DNA from: Candidatus Iainarchaeum sp.
GTDB taxonomy: Archaea; Iainarchaeota; Iainarchaeia; Iainarchaeales; JAXPJC01
Assembly: GCA_016187745.1 (NCBI GenBank)
Contig: JACPJC010000001.1
Coordinates: 29,571 to 93,570, forward strand
DNA length: 64,000 nucleotides
Direction of reading: 5' to 3'
The notes under the pieces are model-generated. The model searched no databases. It was not told the origin of the DNA and worked only from the letters and a program-made list of their open reading frames with translations. Shown piece after piece: positions 17,381 through 26,121 of this stretch. Position 1 is the first letter of the stretch. The number at the start of each line of letters is the position of its first letter. A program made the translations under genes and the position numbers.

Positions 17381-17669
17381 ATTTAATGCATTAATTTGTC
17401 CTGCAAACAGATTTTAAAGCCTATCCCTGAGGATTTGCAGCAGCTACTTCCTGCTGGGATTGCGCACAGCAGAGAGCTTTTTAATAAAGCGGTCTTGTTG
17501 GAGCAGCTTAATGAATCTCTCCACGCCAGCAGCGCCCCAAAAAGTAATTTCTTTGCCGACCCTGTGCCTTTTTACGTCCCTAACACCTGCGCTGCGAAGG
17601 TTCCTTGCCATAGTTACCACTTATATGATGATGTTTTTGTTTTTAATACTATCCCGCTATTTCTTCCCC

Positions 17670-17700
17670 ACAGTGGTTTCCTTTATTTCCATCCCGAAAT
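17670..17700. repeat. Approx. 30-bp partial duplicate of the 3' end of gene 17742..17993 (gtttcctttatttccatc core); second copy at ~17755..17785
   Basis: gtggtttcctttatttccatcccgaaataa versus gtcgtttcctttatttccatctcgaatttc. The downstream copy would encode MEIKETTVGKK* against the gene's MEIKETTVEKK*. Confidence 0.6.
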
Positions 17701-17741
17701 AAGAAACCCTTCGTTTCTTATTATCTTCCGCTCTTTCAGGC

Positions 17742-17993
17742 CTATTTCTTTTCAACAGTCGTTTCCTTTATTTCCATCTCGAATTTCGGCTTCCCCGGCT
17801 TGCCCACTTCCGAATAGATGTAAGCCAGCCCCAGGGCAAGGGTAAGGAATGAAATGATTATGTCCCATTCAAAGGAAAGTATGGGATCCCCGTCGCGCAG
17901 GAAACCAAGCCCGCCAAGCAGGAAAACCACAGCAATAACCACAAACACAATCCCCGAAAAGGTCGTCTTTGCGCCGCTTGAGAAAAGCCCCAT
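17742..17993 (-). CDS. Small membrane protein
   Basis: 83 aa, two TM helices. The 3' end is duplicated 60 bp downstream (see the repeat feature). Confidence 0.4.
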   Translation of the reverse strand: MGLFSSGAKTTFSGIVFVVIAVVFLLGGLGFLRDGDPILSFEWDIIISFLTLALGLAYIYSEVGKPGKPKFEMEIKETTVEKK

Positions 17994-18046
17994 ATATTAT
18001 ACTTGGTTGCGCCTATTTATATAATTTACTGAATAGGGTTAAGGGG

Positions 18047-19084
18047 TTAATTTTCGCGCCATCCGCTCTGTATTTCGTAGGTTGAGTGCATTTTGAAAGC
18101 GCGCGCGCATTCCTGCAGTTTTGCATTTCCCACAAGCCCCCCGAGCGAAATATCCCCCCGGCCCCGCAGATAATGCAGATAGCCAATTTCTTCAGGCTCC
18201 AATCCCATCAATCGCGCCCCAAGCGCATCGGCCTTCAGCGCATCGCAGCTCGCAATTGCGCAGCTCATCCGCACTGCGCTTCCATCGGTTGGGCCATTTC
18301 CTTCCATGCATTCGAATGCATCAAGTATTGCAAGGCCGGGCCAGAGCGCTTTTGAAAATTCCGCAATGTTATGGTGTATTGCCTTTACGCTGCGCCCATA
18401 TATTCCGGATTTTATCATATAATTTTTGGACGCATTTGGTGCAAGCCGTTTTATAAGCATCAGCACGGGCATCGGAATATATTCCACAAAACGCCTGCGC
18501 TGCAGCTCAGGATAAGGGGTTTTTATCCCGTGCACAAATGCCTTATCATTCTGATGCACCAGGCCCATCATATTCTTGAGGGCAAGCGTTGCGATTGCGG
18601 CATCATGGGTTTTCGGGATTGCAAGGGAAATTATAAAATCAAACCTGCCCAAATCAGATGGAACCCTTATATTTCCGCTGCCCGAGATTGTCCTTATTGG
18701 AAGTTCCCTCCATTCCTGCCATTCATCAACAGCCTCTAACTTAATGTTCTTAAATTTCTCCTGAAGCGCATAAAAGCCGCAGTTTTTGAACACATCAAGG
18801 GTTGAAAGCCCCGCATAATGCGCGTCCCCCGAGCCTTCGGCAACCGTTATCCGCATCTTCCCAGAATCAGCAAAGTTCTCCTGCAGGAATTCAATTGCTG
18901 CGGAAACGGCATCCACATGCGTGTTTGCAATTGTGGGCTGCAATCCGACAAGATTCGGCTTCAGCAAAATATTGCGCTTTCCCTCCAGCGCCTTTTCCAG
19001 GTCGGGCATTATATATCCGAGCGCGCTTTTGATGTTCTGCTTGCGCTCAGGGCCTTTTACAAGCGCTGCAAGCCTTGCCGCCAT
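18047..19084 (-). CDS. DUF362 domain protein
   Basis: The KPNLVG...IPKTH...MKGLVH-type blocks are shared with the paralog at 54797..55867. The 445-aa ORF probably starts at the internal ATG 19084 (MAARL...) or 19009 (MPDLEK...). Its N-terminal extension overlaps a plus-strand gene. Confidence 0.6.
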   Translation of the reverse strand: MAARLAALVKGPERKQNIKSALGYIMPDLEKALEGKRNILLKPNLVGLQPTIANTHVDAVSAAIEFLQENFADSGKMRITVAEGSGDAHYAGLSTLDVFKNCGFYALQEKFKNIKLEAVDEWQEWRELPIRTISGSGNIRVPSDLGRFDFIISLAIPKTHDAAIATLALKNMMGLVHQNDKAFVHGIKTPYPELQRRRFVEYIPMPVLMLIKRLAPNASKNYMIKSGIYGRSVKAIHHNIAEFSKALWPGLAILDAFECMEGNGPTDGSAVRMSCAIASCDALKADALGARLMGLEPEEIGYLHYLRGRGDISLGGLVGNAKLQECARAFKMHSTYEIQSGWREN

Positions 19085-19257
19085 AAACAACAAAGCCCAC
19101 AAACCAAATAAAAAACAATCCGTGCATGCAATAGGTATTAGGAAAATTCTGGAGTCCCATATCGGAGTTGTAAGGCTCCGCAACAGGAGAGAATATTTTA
19201 AAACGCAGAAGTGGCCCAAGGATAACACAAAATTGGCGGATATTGAAAGGGCCCTGA

Positions 19258-19718
19258 TGTTTGACCTGCGCGGAGATATCGCAAAGAGAATAAAATCAGG
19301 GCAGAGGCCGAATGTCCTTGATTGGGGCTGCGGCAATGGCAGGGCGATAAAGCGGCTTGGCAGAAAGTTTAATGGCAGAATCAATGCATACGGGTATTCT
19401 GATATGCTTTATAAGGGCTGGCAAAAGGAAAAGAATGTGAAATACATCCATGCAACGAAGGAGGATATGCTGAGATACTTCAAAAACAGCTCCCTAGATA
19501 TAATCTATTCCCACATCGGCCTGTTTTACCTTGACACTGATGTTGTAAAATACACTGGAATGCTGCTTCCAAAATTGAAAGTTGGCGGCATTCTTTTGAG
19601 CGATATTCCGCGACTGCACCAGCTATTCCCCAAAAGCATTGAACTGCAGGGCATGGGATTCAAATCAACTTTCAAAAGTGGCGAAAACCAGGTGCTCCTC
19701 ATAAGGCGCGAGAAATAG
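19258..19718 (+). CDS. Class I SAM-dependent methyltransferase
   Basis: Motif I VLDWGCGNGRAIKRL. The long ORF from 18921 overlaps the DUF362 gene; the first in-frame ATG after the overlap is at 19258. Confidence 0.5.
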
Positions 19719-19876
19719 CCAGTGGCTCAGTTCGCCCATCTTTCGTCATTTTCCTTTCGGAATCTGCATCATCGTCGAATCCTCATCGCCAAGCAATTTG
19801 TGTTCCAAAAGCTTTAAATGGGGAATTTTTCACATATTTGCCCAACCGAACAGGTTTTTAACATTTTCATTCTTTA

Positions 19877-21604
19877 ATGCAATCCATGGCGGGATTGCCC
19901 TGGGGCAAGTTTGAAAAAAGGCTGAAGAAAACAGGCTATTGGAAGATTGCCATTGCCGCTGTTGTTGCAGTACTGGCGGTTGCGGGCTTTCTGATTCTGG
20001 GCGGTTTTTTCGGGGGGCAGCCCCCCGCTTCGGAAGGGATTTCCGCAGAGGTTTACAAAGCGGTGAATGAGCTGAAGCACCCCGATGTCATTGCGCAAAC
20101 AAATTTAACGCAGGAGGATGTGTTGGCTGCCTTTGGCGAGGAGGACGAATTCTACACAGTGCTTGAGCTTGCAGGGTATTTGGGCTATCAGGACCTTCTG
20201 GGCACTGTCAGGACAGATTACAAAGACGGGAACGCCATTACAGTTGGCATGCTTGCAAATTCAGGCGGCAATGTTATTTTCATTGAAAGGCTTGAAGCGC
20301 CGGGATACAGCAAAACACTCCTGATAAGCTATACGGATGAGGAGCATTACACAATATTTGATGCAGAAGGGGGAATTAAGAGGAATGGCGCAGATTTTAC
20401 TAAACTTGGAAAAGAGGATATCCTAGGGATTTCCCTTGAAGGCGGAATGAATCCAAGCAAGGGCATTCTTGCGCCCGATATAATCCGCTTTGGTTTTTGT
20501 GATGAGAAAGGCGGGGGCTTCTGGGACTGCATATGGGAAAATAAATGGTCCCTTGGCCTTTCCGTTGTAGGCGCGATTGCCGCATGCATTGGCTCAGGAG
20601 TCGGCGGCGCATTTACTGCTGTAACTGCCGGACTATTTACTCCTGCGGAAATTGCCCTGGTTCTTGGCTGCATCGGGGCAGGCGGTTCGGCTTTAGCAAT
20701 TATAGGTGACTGCTCGCTGCGGTCGGCAGACAATGCCCCAAGTGTTGATGCATTCAGCCAGATAACCGGCGATTGCTACAAATGCATCAGCAACAAAAGG
20801 ATGAAGCTCAAGGAGGTTACAATTACCGGAAGCGTTGAGGACGACAGGCAGCCCAATCCCACATGGAGTGAGCCAAACGCGTCTGGAAGTGTTGCTGTGT
20901 GCGACACAGGGGATTACATTGAGAGGTTTACTGCAGTTGACTGCGGGGGCAATAGCGTGAGCGAGTATGAGGAAATAACGCTGCCAGAGCCTGAACTTGC
21001 CTCAGAGCAATGCGTTGGCGGCGATGGCTGCTGCCCATCGGGCTGCACTGAGGACAATGACAACGACTGCATTGGGGAGTGCGGAAACAATGCTGCTGAA
21101 GGCTCTGAAGAGTGCGACGGCCCTGACTTGGGGGGCAAAGACTGCAAAAGCATTGGATATGCCCCGGGCGCCCTAACCTGCACTGCGGATTGTAAGCTTG
21201 ATGCTTCAGGCTGCGGCAATTGCTGGACTGATGCAGACTGCGATGATGCGAATGCATGCACCGATGATGCGTGCGCTGATTTTACCTGCAAAAACACCCA
21301 GAAGGCTGACTGCTGCACAAAAGACGCTGACTGCGATGATGGCGATTTATGCACAACAGATGTGTGCAATGCAGGCAACCGCTGTGAAAATACTACAACA
21401 ACAACCTCCCCGGGCTACGGCTCCCCGCAGTCTGGCAGCGACTGCGGCGCTTGCGCAGGCCTTGGCCTTGAATGCAGGGAAGATTTCTATGCGCCTGGCT
21501 ACTATGGCTGCTGCCCGCAGAACTACTGCCTTGTTGACAGCTTCTGCCAGCCCGAATGCACACTTGTAGACGGAAAAATATGCAAGAGCGGCTCATGGAC
21601 TTAA
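19877..21604 (+). CDS. Membrane-anchored extracellular protein with C-terminal Cys-rich (DUF4215/Myxococcus-type) repeats
   Basis: 575 aa.
- N-terminal TM anchor YWKIAIAAVVAVLAVAGFLIL.
- Gly-rich hydrophobic segment in mid-protein.
- C-terminal ~200 aa with CGNNAAEGSEECDGPDLGGKDC and DADCDDANACTDDACADFTC / DADCDDGDLCTTDVCNAGNRCEN repeats. Confidence 0.75.
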   Translation: MQSMAGLPWGKFEKRLKKTGYWKIAIAAVVAVLAVAGFLILGGFFGGQPPASEGISAEVYKAVNELKHPDVIAQTNLTQEDVLAAFGEEDEFYTVLELAGYLGYQDLLGTVRTDYKDGNAITVGMLANSGGNVIFIERLEAPGYSKTLLISYTDEEHYTIFDAEGGIKRNGADFTKLGKEDILGISLEGGMNPSKGILAPDIIRFGFCDEKGGGFWDCIWENKWSLGLSVVGAIAACIGSGVGGAFTAVTAGLFTPAEIALVLGCIGAGGSALAIIGDCSLRSADNAPSVDAFSQITGDCYKCISNKRMKLKEVTITGSVEDDRQPNPTWSEPNASGSVAVCDTGDYIERFTAVDCGGNSVSEYEEITLPEPELASEQCVGGDGCCPSGCTEDNDNDCIGECGNNAAEGSEECDGPDLGGKDCKSIGYAPGALTCTADCKLDASGCGNCWTDADCDDANACTDDACADFTCKNTQKADCCTKDADCDDGDLCTTDVCNAGNRCENTTTTTSPGYGSPQSGSDCGACAGLGLECREDFYAPGYYGCCPQNYCLVDSFCQPECTLVDGKICKSGSWT

Positions 21605-21638
21605 TAAAATCAAGGCAGTCAATAGCGTTAATATCAAA

Positions 21639-21821
21639 ATGGAAAGGCGGATAGACTAGAGAGTCAGGGAAGGGCTCTATAAAAGCAGGAGCGAACTAAT
21701 TAGGGAGTTGCTCATGGGGAAAATACAAAAAAGCGATTTTCCAAAAATGGCATTATCTGCAAAGGTGCTTGAAAAGATCTGGAACAACAAGTCTGATGGC
21801 ATCTGGGAAAGCTATTTGTGA
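21639..21821 (+). pseudogene. Remnant of a ribbon-helix-helix (CopG-like) gene with an in-frame TAG
   Basis: MERRID-TAG-RVREGLYKSRSELIRELLMGKIQ... . The GLYxSRSExIR motif is typical of RHH helix 2, but the N-terminal beta-strand region is missing. Confidence 0.25.
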
Positions 21822-21824
21822 ATA

Positions 21825-22334
21825 TTATGGCGTAATCCTGTCAATCTGATAGTAGTTTATGTCATTCTCAGAATCAACAACCGCAACCAGTATGATTGTG
21901 TGCAAGTTCCCTGCCAACCTCACCATTCGGCTCAGCACAGGCATTGTCAGTTTCTCCCCCTGCGTTGCAACGTGTATTACCCACTGCGTGTGCTCCTCCC
22001 CCGGCTTTTTTCCGCGCGGATACACGCGGAAGTCAAACCCGAACTTGAATCCGGTTTTAATAACAAATCCGCGCGTGCGCATGTCGCTGTAAACAAGATA
22101 TTTCGTGTAGAAATCAGCCTCCTCCCTGCCTGCAATTTTCAGGAGTTCAGGGCGCGAAACCTTTTTCCCCTTCTTGTCAAAAATTTCAAAGCCGCCCTTC
22201 TCAAGGAGATAGAGCGCCTCCTTCAGGTCAAGGACGTGCTCGTGCTCGCGCCTTTCGCCGAAGCCCTTCTGCAGGAGCTGGTCGGCCTTCTTGAAATCGT
22301 CAACAACCACTTTATTGTCAATAAGCAGGGACAT
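21825..22334 (-). CDS. endA: tRNA-splicing endonuclease catalytic subunit
   Basis: 169 aa. YLVYSDMRTRGFVIKTGFKFGFDFRVYP...H..WVIHV matches the EndA catalytic domain. Confidence 0.85.
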   Translation of the reverse strand: MSLLIDNKVVVDDFKKADQLLQKGFGERREHEHVLDLKEALYLLEKGGFEIFDKKGKKVSRPELLKIAGREEADFYTKYLVYSDMRTRGFVIKTGFKFGFDFRVYPRGKKPGEEHTQWVIHVATQGEKLTMPVLSRMVRLAGNLHTIILVAVVDSENDINYYQIDRITP

Positions 22335-22382
22335 TTCGCACCACCAATATTACATTTATATATCCTAATATCGTTTATTTAA

Positions 22383-23480
22383 ATGGTTATTATGGCTGAT
22401 GAAAGGATTGACCCATGGGGCAATGCGGAAATAAGGGACTATGCGCACATATTCAAGGAATTCGGGCTAAGCGCATTTCCCGGGGAATGGAAAGCGCAGT
22501 TAAAGCACAGGCTTTTCGAGCGCGGGATAATAATTGCGCACAGGGACTTCCAGAAAGTAATGCAGCGCATCTCCTCAAAAAAGCCATTCATCAATATAAC
22601 AGGAATTGCCTCCTCGGGATATTTGCATTTGGGGCACAAGGCGGACATTGACCTGTTTGTCTTTTTCAAGGGCTGCAAGGCGAAGAACTACTTTGCAATT
22701 TCAGACATTGATGCTTATGTGAGCAGGGAAAAAATTCCGGACATGGAAACCGCGAAGAAATTCGCAGCTGACAACCTTGCGCACGCGCTCGCCCTCGGGC
22801 TTGAGCCAAAGGATGTTTATGTGCAAAGCCAGAAGGAGCCGCGCTATTACTCTTTTGCATTTGAATTGGGCAAAAAAATCACTCAGGCAACATTTGAGGC
22901 GATTTACGGCCATGTTGATCTGGGAAAAATTTCCGCAGGATTGCTGCAGTATGCTGATATTTTGCATCCCCAACTGAAGGAATATTCCGGAAAAATGCCA
23001 AGCATTACAGGGATAGGATTGGACCAGGACCCGCACGCACGCCTTACTAGAGACATTGCTCAAAGGCTCTCCTATGATATTGAAGTTCCGAGCTTCATCT
23101 ATTTCAGGCACCAATCAGGATTGAAGGAAGGCACAAAGATGTCAAGCTCTGACCCTGATACTGCAATATTCCTCAATGACAGCGCGGAGGCGGCAGCAAA
23201 AAAAATCTCAAGCGCATTTACAGGCGGAAGGAATACAGAAGCCGAGCAGCGCCAGCTGGGCGGAAATCCAGACGTGTGCAAGGTTCATGAAATTCTTCTC
23301 TTCCATTATCCCGATTCAAAGGAAGTTAAGCGCATATTTGATGAGTGCAGGAAAGGAAAATGGCTCTGCAGGGAATGCAAGCAGTTCACTTCAGAATTCA
23401 TCGCGGATTTCCTCAAAAAGCACCAGGCGCTTGTAAAGAAGAAAATGCCGATTGCGCAAAAAATAGTTTATGGGAAATAA
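22383..23480 (+). CDS. trpS: Tryptophanyl-tRNA synthetase (archaeal/eukaryotic type)
   Basis: 365 aa. HIGH variant SGYLHLGH, KMSSSDPDTAIFL, and AFTGGRNTEAEQRQLGGNPDVC (compare human WARS [22 protein letters not shown]). Confidence 0.75.
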   Translation: MVIMADERIDPWGNAEIRDYAHIFKEFGLSAFPGEWKAQLKHRLFERGIIIAHRDFQKVMQRISSKKPFINITGIASSGYLHLGHKADIDLFVFFKGCKAKNYFAISDIDAYVSREKIPDMETAKKFAADNLAHALALGLEPKDVYVQSQKEPRYYSFAFELGKKITQATFEAIYGHVDLGKISAGLLQYADILHPQLKEYSGKMPSITGIGLDQDPHARLTRDIAQRLSYDIEVPSFIYFRHQSGLKEGTKMSSSDPDTAIFLNDSAEAAAKKISSAFTGGRNTEAEQRQLGGNPDVCKVHEILLFHYPDSKEVKRIFDECRKGKWLCRECKQFTSEFIADFLKKHQALVKKKMPIAQKIVYGK

Positions 23481-23484
23481 CTGA

Positions 23485-23724
23485 TTAGGCAGCCAATCTC
23501 ACATAGGTCATTATTTCCCAGCCCTTGAAGAATGTGAGCGCTGCTGTTCCAAGTGCAACCCATGAAATGAGATAGCTCGCAATAGCAAATACTATGTTGC
23601 CAGAAAGATGGATGAGCACGCCCTGAATCATCGCAGTTACAAAAACAGTAATTGCCATTACCGCGCATCCAAGGAGCATTACCGCCTTCATGAATGTGGG
23701 ATATGCCTGGGGCCTTATAATCAT
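23485..23724 (-). CDS. Small membrane protein
   Basis: 79 aa, two TM helices. Confidence 0.4.
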   Translation of the reverse strand: MIIRPQAYPTFMKAVMLLGCAVMAITVFVTAMIQGVLIHLSGNIVFAIASYLISWVALGTAALTFFKGWEIMTYVRLAA

Positions 23725-23761
23725 TCCAAAACACCAGTAAAATTTACTCGGAAGTAGTATA

Positions 23762-24139
23762 TTAAATTATCTGGATTTTCTTTGATGTCGCGCCCTCGAG
23801 CTTTTTCAGCAGTTCTTTCCAGTAATGGGTCTTGCCCTTTTTCAATACGATTTTGTCAACATTCTGCAGCTCCGCAATGTGCGCAATCTTGCTCACGGTA
23901 TTGCCCCATTCCGTAATTTCAACAGCGCTCTTTTTCCTTTTCCCGACGCTTTTTTTCAAATCCTCCAGAAAATCAGTGCCCTGCATTATTTCGCCTGCGG
24001 CAAAGCCGAACTGCCATGCAGGCATTTCCGAAGTGTCAATAACAAGCAGCAGCAGAACATTGTCCGCGTCCTGCGTTGCGGCATCTATGAATTCAGGGGA
24101 ATTCTCCTCGCGCGTTATTATCGGAAGCAGGATTTTCAT
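23762..24139 (-). CDS. Hypothetical protein (possibly an alpha/beta nucleotide-binding/USP-like fold)
   Basis: 125 aa. MKILLPII...NVLLLLVID...KIVLKKG pattern. Confidence 0.4.
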   Translation of the reverse strand: MKILLPIITREENSPEFIDAATQDADNVLLLLVIDTSEMPAWQFGFAAGEIMQGTDFLEDLKKSVGKRKKSAVEITEWGNTVSKIAHIAELQNVDKIVLKKGKTHYWKELLKKLEGATSKKIQII

Positions 24140-24144
24140 TCAAT

Positions 24145-24909
24145 TCACTCCACAATGCAGTAAACATTTTTCCTTTTTTCCATCAGGTCGCCCTTTTCCC
24201 TCAGCAGTTCGCATACTGCCTTTGCAAGGTTCTTGTCAATTTTGAGCTTTTCCGCAAGCTCGTCAGTGTTGCAAGCAGCGCTTTTAAGCGTGGAAAGGAT
24301 TTTTCCGCTGTGCTTGTTGTAAAGGTCTGAATAAACAATGTAGAACAATCCGTCAAACCCGCGCGTGCCCTGCATTTTTCCCGCCTTTATCAAGTCATAA
24401 TACTGGTCGGAAAGCTCGCGCGCAAGATTCTCATTTTTCACAACCATGAAGCCGTCCTTCTTGAAGGTATAGGAATCAACCGCCCTTTCCTGCTGCCCCG
24501 CCTGCGTTGCCGGCTGCTTCGCCTGCGCAATTTCTGCAGGGGCATCCCGCCTGTTTTCCGCCTGCTTCTCCGCAAGCCTGTAAATCGCATACTTGTATTT
24601 GTCGCTGAGTTTGTATTTCTCTGCAATCCCTTTTTTGAGCAGGGCCTGCAGAGCATTCATTTCATCTGCCCTGAGCATTTCCTCGAATTTGCCCTCAACC
24701 CTCTGCGCAAGCGGCTTGTATTTCAGCATTTCAATTACGCGCAGCTCAGCAGGAGCGTATTCCTGAATCTGCTTCTCATTCATTATGTATGAGCCCTTTC
24801 CCGCATTTACAAAATCATATTCCCTTGCAAGGGAAAGCTGCAGCTTTGCGAATTCAGCCTCCGAAAGAGCCAAAATGTATTTGTCAGCAATCTTCTGGAA
24901 TCTGGCCAT
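24145..24909 (-). CDS. Hypothetical protein with a C-terminal winged-helix-like segment
   Basis: Probable start is the ATG at 24909 (MARFQKIADKY...); the upstream 99 codons of the ORF overlap a plus-strand small gene. C-terminus ACNTDELAEKLKIDKNLAKAVCELLREKGDL. Confidence 0.5.
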   Translation of the reverse strand: MARFQKIADKYILALSEAEFAKLQLSLAREYDFVNAGKGSYIMNEKQIQEYAPAELRVIEMLKYKPLAQRVEGKFEEMLRADEMNALQALLKKGIAEKYKLSDKYKYAIYRLAEKQAENRRDAPAEIAQAKQPATQAGQQERAVDSYTFKKDGFMVVKNENLARELSDQYYDLIKAGKMQGTRGFDGLFYIVYSDLYNKHSGKILSTLKSAACNTDELAEKLKIDKNLAKAVCELLREKGDLMEKRKNVYCIVE

Positions 24910-25045
24910 TTTCCAATCCAACCCCAAATAACTATGCGCAATAAAGCTTATAATCAATAAAGGGGGGCACAGGAACCGCAGGTTCCGATGCCCAATAAGC
25001 CCTATAATTAATATTAATAACCAATCCCCCGCATAAAATTGTTCT

Positions 25046-25294
25046 ATGGGCGATGAGAAGCAGGCAAAGCAGGGGATTCTTGAGAAGATAGCCGCAAAGC
25101 TGATGAAAAAGGTCCAGGCGTTTGTCGCATTTGAATTCCTCATATTTACCGCAGGCATGGTTTTCGCATTGATAGTAAAGGATTTCAGCCCGTGGCTCCT
25201 GCTCATTCCGCCGATTCTGGGCTTGATAGCGTATTATTCGGCAGTTTTTTCGCTACTGCTGTTCGCATTTTTCATAATAGTTTTCATTCTCTGA
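25046..25294 (+). CDS. Small membrane protein
   Basis: 82 aa, two TM helices. Confidence 0.35.
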   Translation: MGDEKQAKQGILEKIAAKLMKKVQAFVAFEFLIFTAGMVFALIVKDFSPWLLLIPPILGLIAYYSAVFSLLLFAFFIIVFIL

Positions 25295-25350
25295 TTCAGC
25301 GGCGGTTTGGTCCCGAAACCGTTTAAAAGCAGCAAACCCGGAATTATTCC

Positions 25351-25779
25351 ATGGCGCGCTACTATGTTGATACAAGCATATGGAGGGATTTGCTTGAGGA
25401 CAGGAGGGACAGCATAAAACCATTGAGTGAATTTGCCTTCAAGCTTATGGAGAAGGTATTAAAAGAAAAGCACACAATTATTTTCTCAAAGGAAATTGAA
25501 TCAGAGCTGTGCAAAAGATTCAAAGTTGAGCAAATACAAGATCTGGCGCTTGATAGATTTACTAAAGAAAATCTTGTTTTATATGTGAAGGCAAATGTTC
25601 TGCAATTGAAAGAAGCCGAAACCCTATCTGCAAGGCTGAACATTCCCTTTCTTGATGCGCTGCATGCAATTCTTGCGAGGGACAATTCAGCAATTTTAGT
25701 TACAAGGGACAAGCATTTCGAAGAATTGAGGCATATTGTAGAAATCAGAACGCCTGAGGAAATCATTTCACAAACTTAG
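25351..25779 (+). CDS. vapC: PIN-domain protein (VapC-like toxin)
   Basis: 142 aa. MARYYVDTSIW (Asp in beta1), ...FLDALHAILARDNSAILVTRDKHF. Confidence 0.75.
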   Translation: MARYYVDTSIWRDLLEDRRDSIKPLSEFAFKLMEKVLKEKHTIIFSKEIESELCKRFKVEQIQDLALDRFTKENLVLYVKANVLQLKEAETLSARLNIPFLDALHAILARDNSAILVTRDKHFEELRHIVEIRTPEEIISQT

Positions 25780-26020
25780 GATAAAGCTCCCTCGCAACCT
25801 CTTCCCTGATTTTCTCAAGCTCCTCATCGCTTGTTGTTGTCTTTGAGCTCCCGCGCAATTTCTTTAGATTCCTTATGGCAATCCTGTATTCGTAGTCCTC
25901 AACCATTTTTCTTATTGCCTGGCGCATGAATTCAGTCCTGCTTGCAAAATCAAATGTTCTGCAAATCTCATCAAGCCTTTTGAGGCTTTGCCCCTTCATT
26001 TTGAATGTTATGAGCTGCAT
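25763..26020 (-). CDS. Ribbon-helix-helix antitoxin-like protein (CopG/VapB-like)
   Basis: The in-frame ATG at 26020 gives MQLITFKMKGQSLKRLDEICRTFDFASRTEFMRQAIRKMVEDYEY.... It is convergent with the PIN gene, and the 3' ends overlap by 17 bp. Confidence 0.6.
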   Translation of the reverse strand: MQLITFKMKGQSLKRLDEICRTFDFASRTEFMRQAIRKMVEDYEYRIAIRNLKKLRGSSKTTTSDEELEKIREEVARELYPKFVK

Positions 26021-26052
26021 GTTATATCGTATATACAACGTATATATAAGAT

Positions 26053-26102
26053 TATTCCTCTTCCAAATTGCGCAGATACTCATAGGCTGAAGTAGCGAAA
26101 TA
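26053..26102. repeat. Direct repeat: degenerate copy of the trxB 3' end (left flank of the insertion)
   Basis: ttattcctcttccaaattgcgcagatactcataggctgaagtagcgaaat versus 27350..27399 ctattcttccttcagattgcgcagatactcataggctgaagttgcggcaat (~45/51 identical). It would encode ...SAYEYLRNLEEE*, like the TrxB C-terminus. Confidence 0.8.
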
Positions 26103-26121
26103 GTTAAGCTTAATATCTTGA

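Noticed and set aside
17640-17790. Possible CRISPR repeat (gtttcctttatttccatc occurs twice)
   Set aside because: Only two copies, about 83 bp apart, the second inside a coding region. There are no further repeats, no cas genes and no regular spacers. The duplication of a gene 3' end explains it.
19085-19384. N-terminal 100 residues of the 445-aa DUF362 ORF
   Set aside because: This region overlaps the plus-strand methyltransferase-containing ORF and lacks the DUF362 blocks, which start near 'ALEGKRNILLKPNLVG'. An internal ATG at 19084 or 19009 is the more plausible start.
20914-21378. 154-aa and 109-aa minus-strand ORFs rich in Ser/Gln/His inside 19877..21604
   Set aside because: Antisense to the Cys-rich repeat region (TGC/GAT-rich), with low-complexity translations.
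24910-25206. N-terminal 99 residues of the 353-aa ORF 24145..25206
   Set aside because: This stretch overlaps a plausible plus-strand small membrane-protein gene (25046..25294). Its hydrophobic sequence is unrelated to the rest of the protein. ATG 24909 (MARFQKIADKY) gives a compact gene that abuts, without overlapping, the upstream gene.
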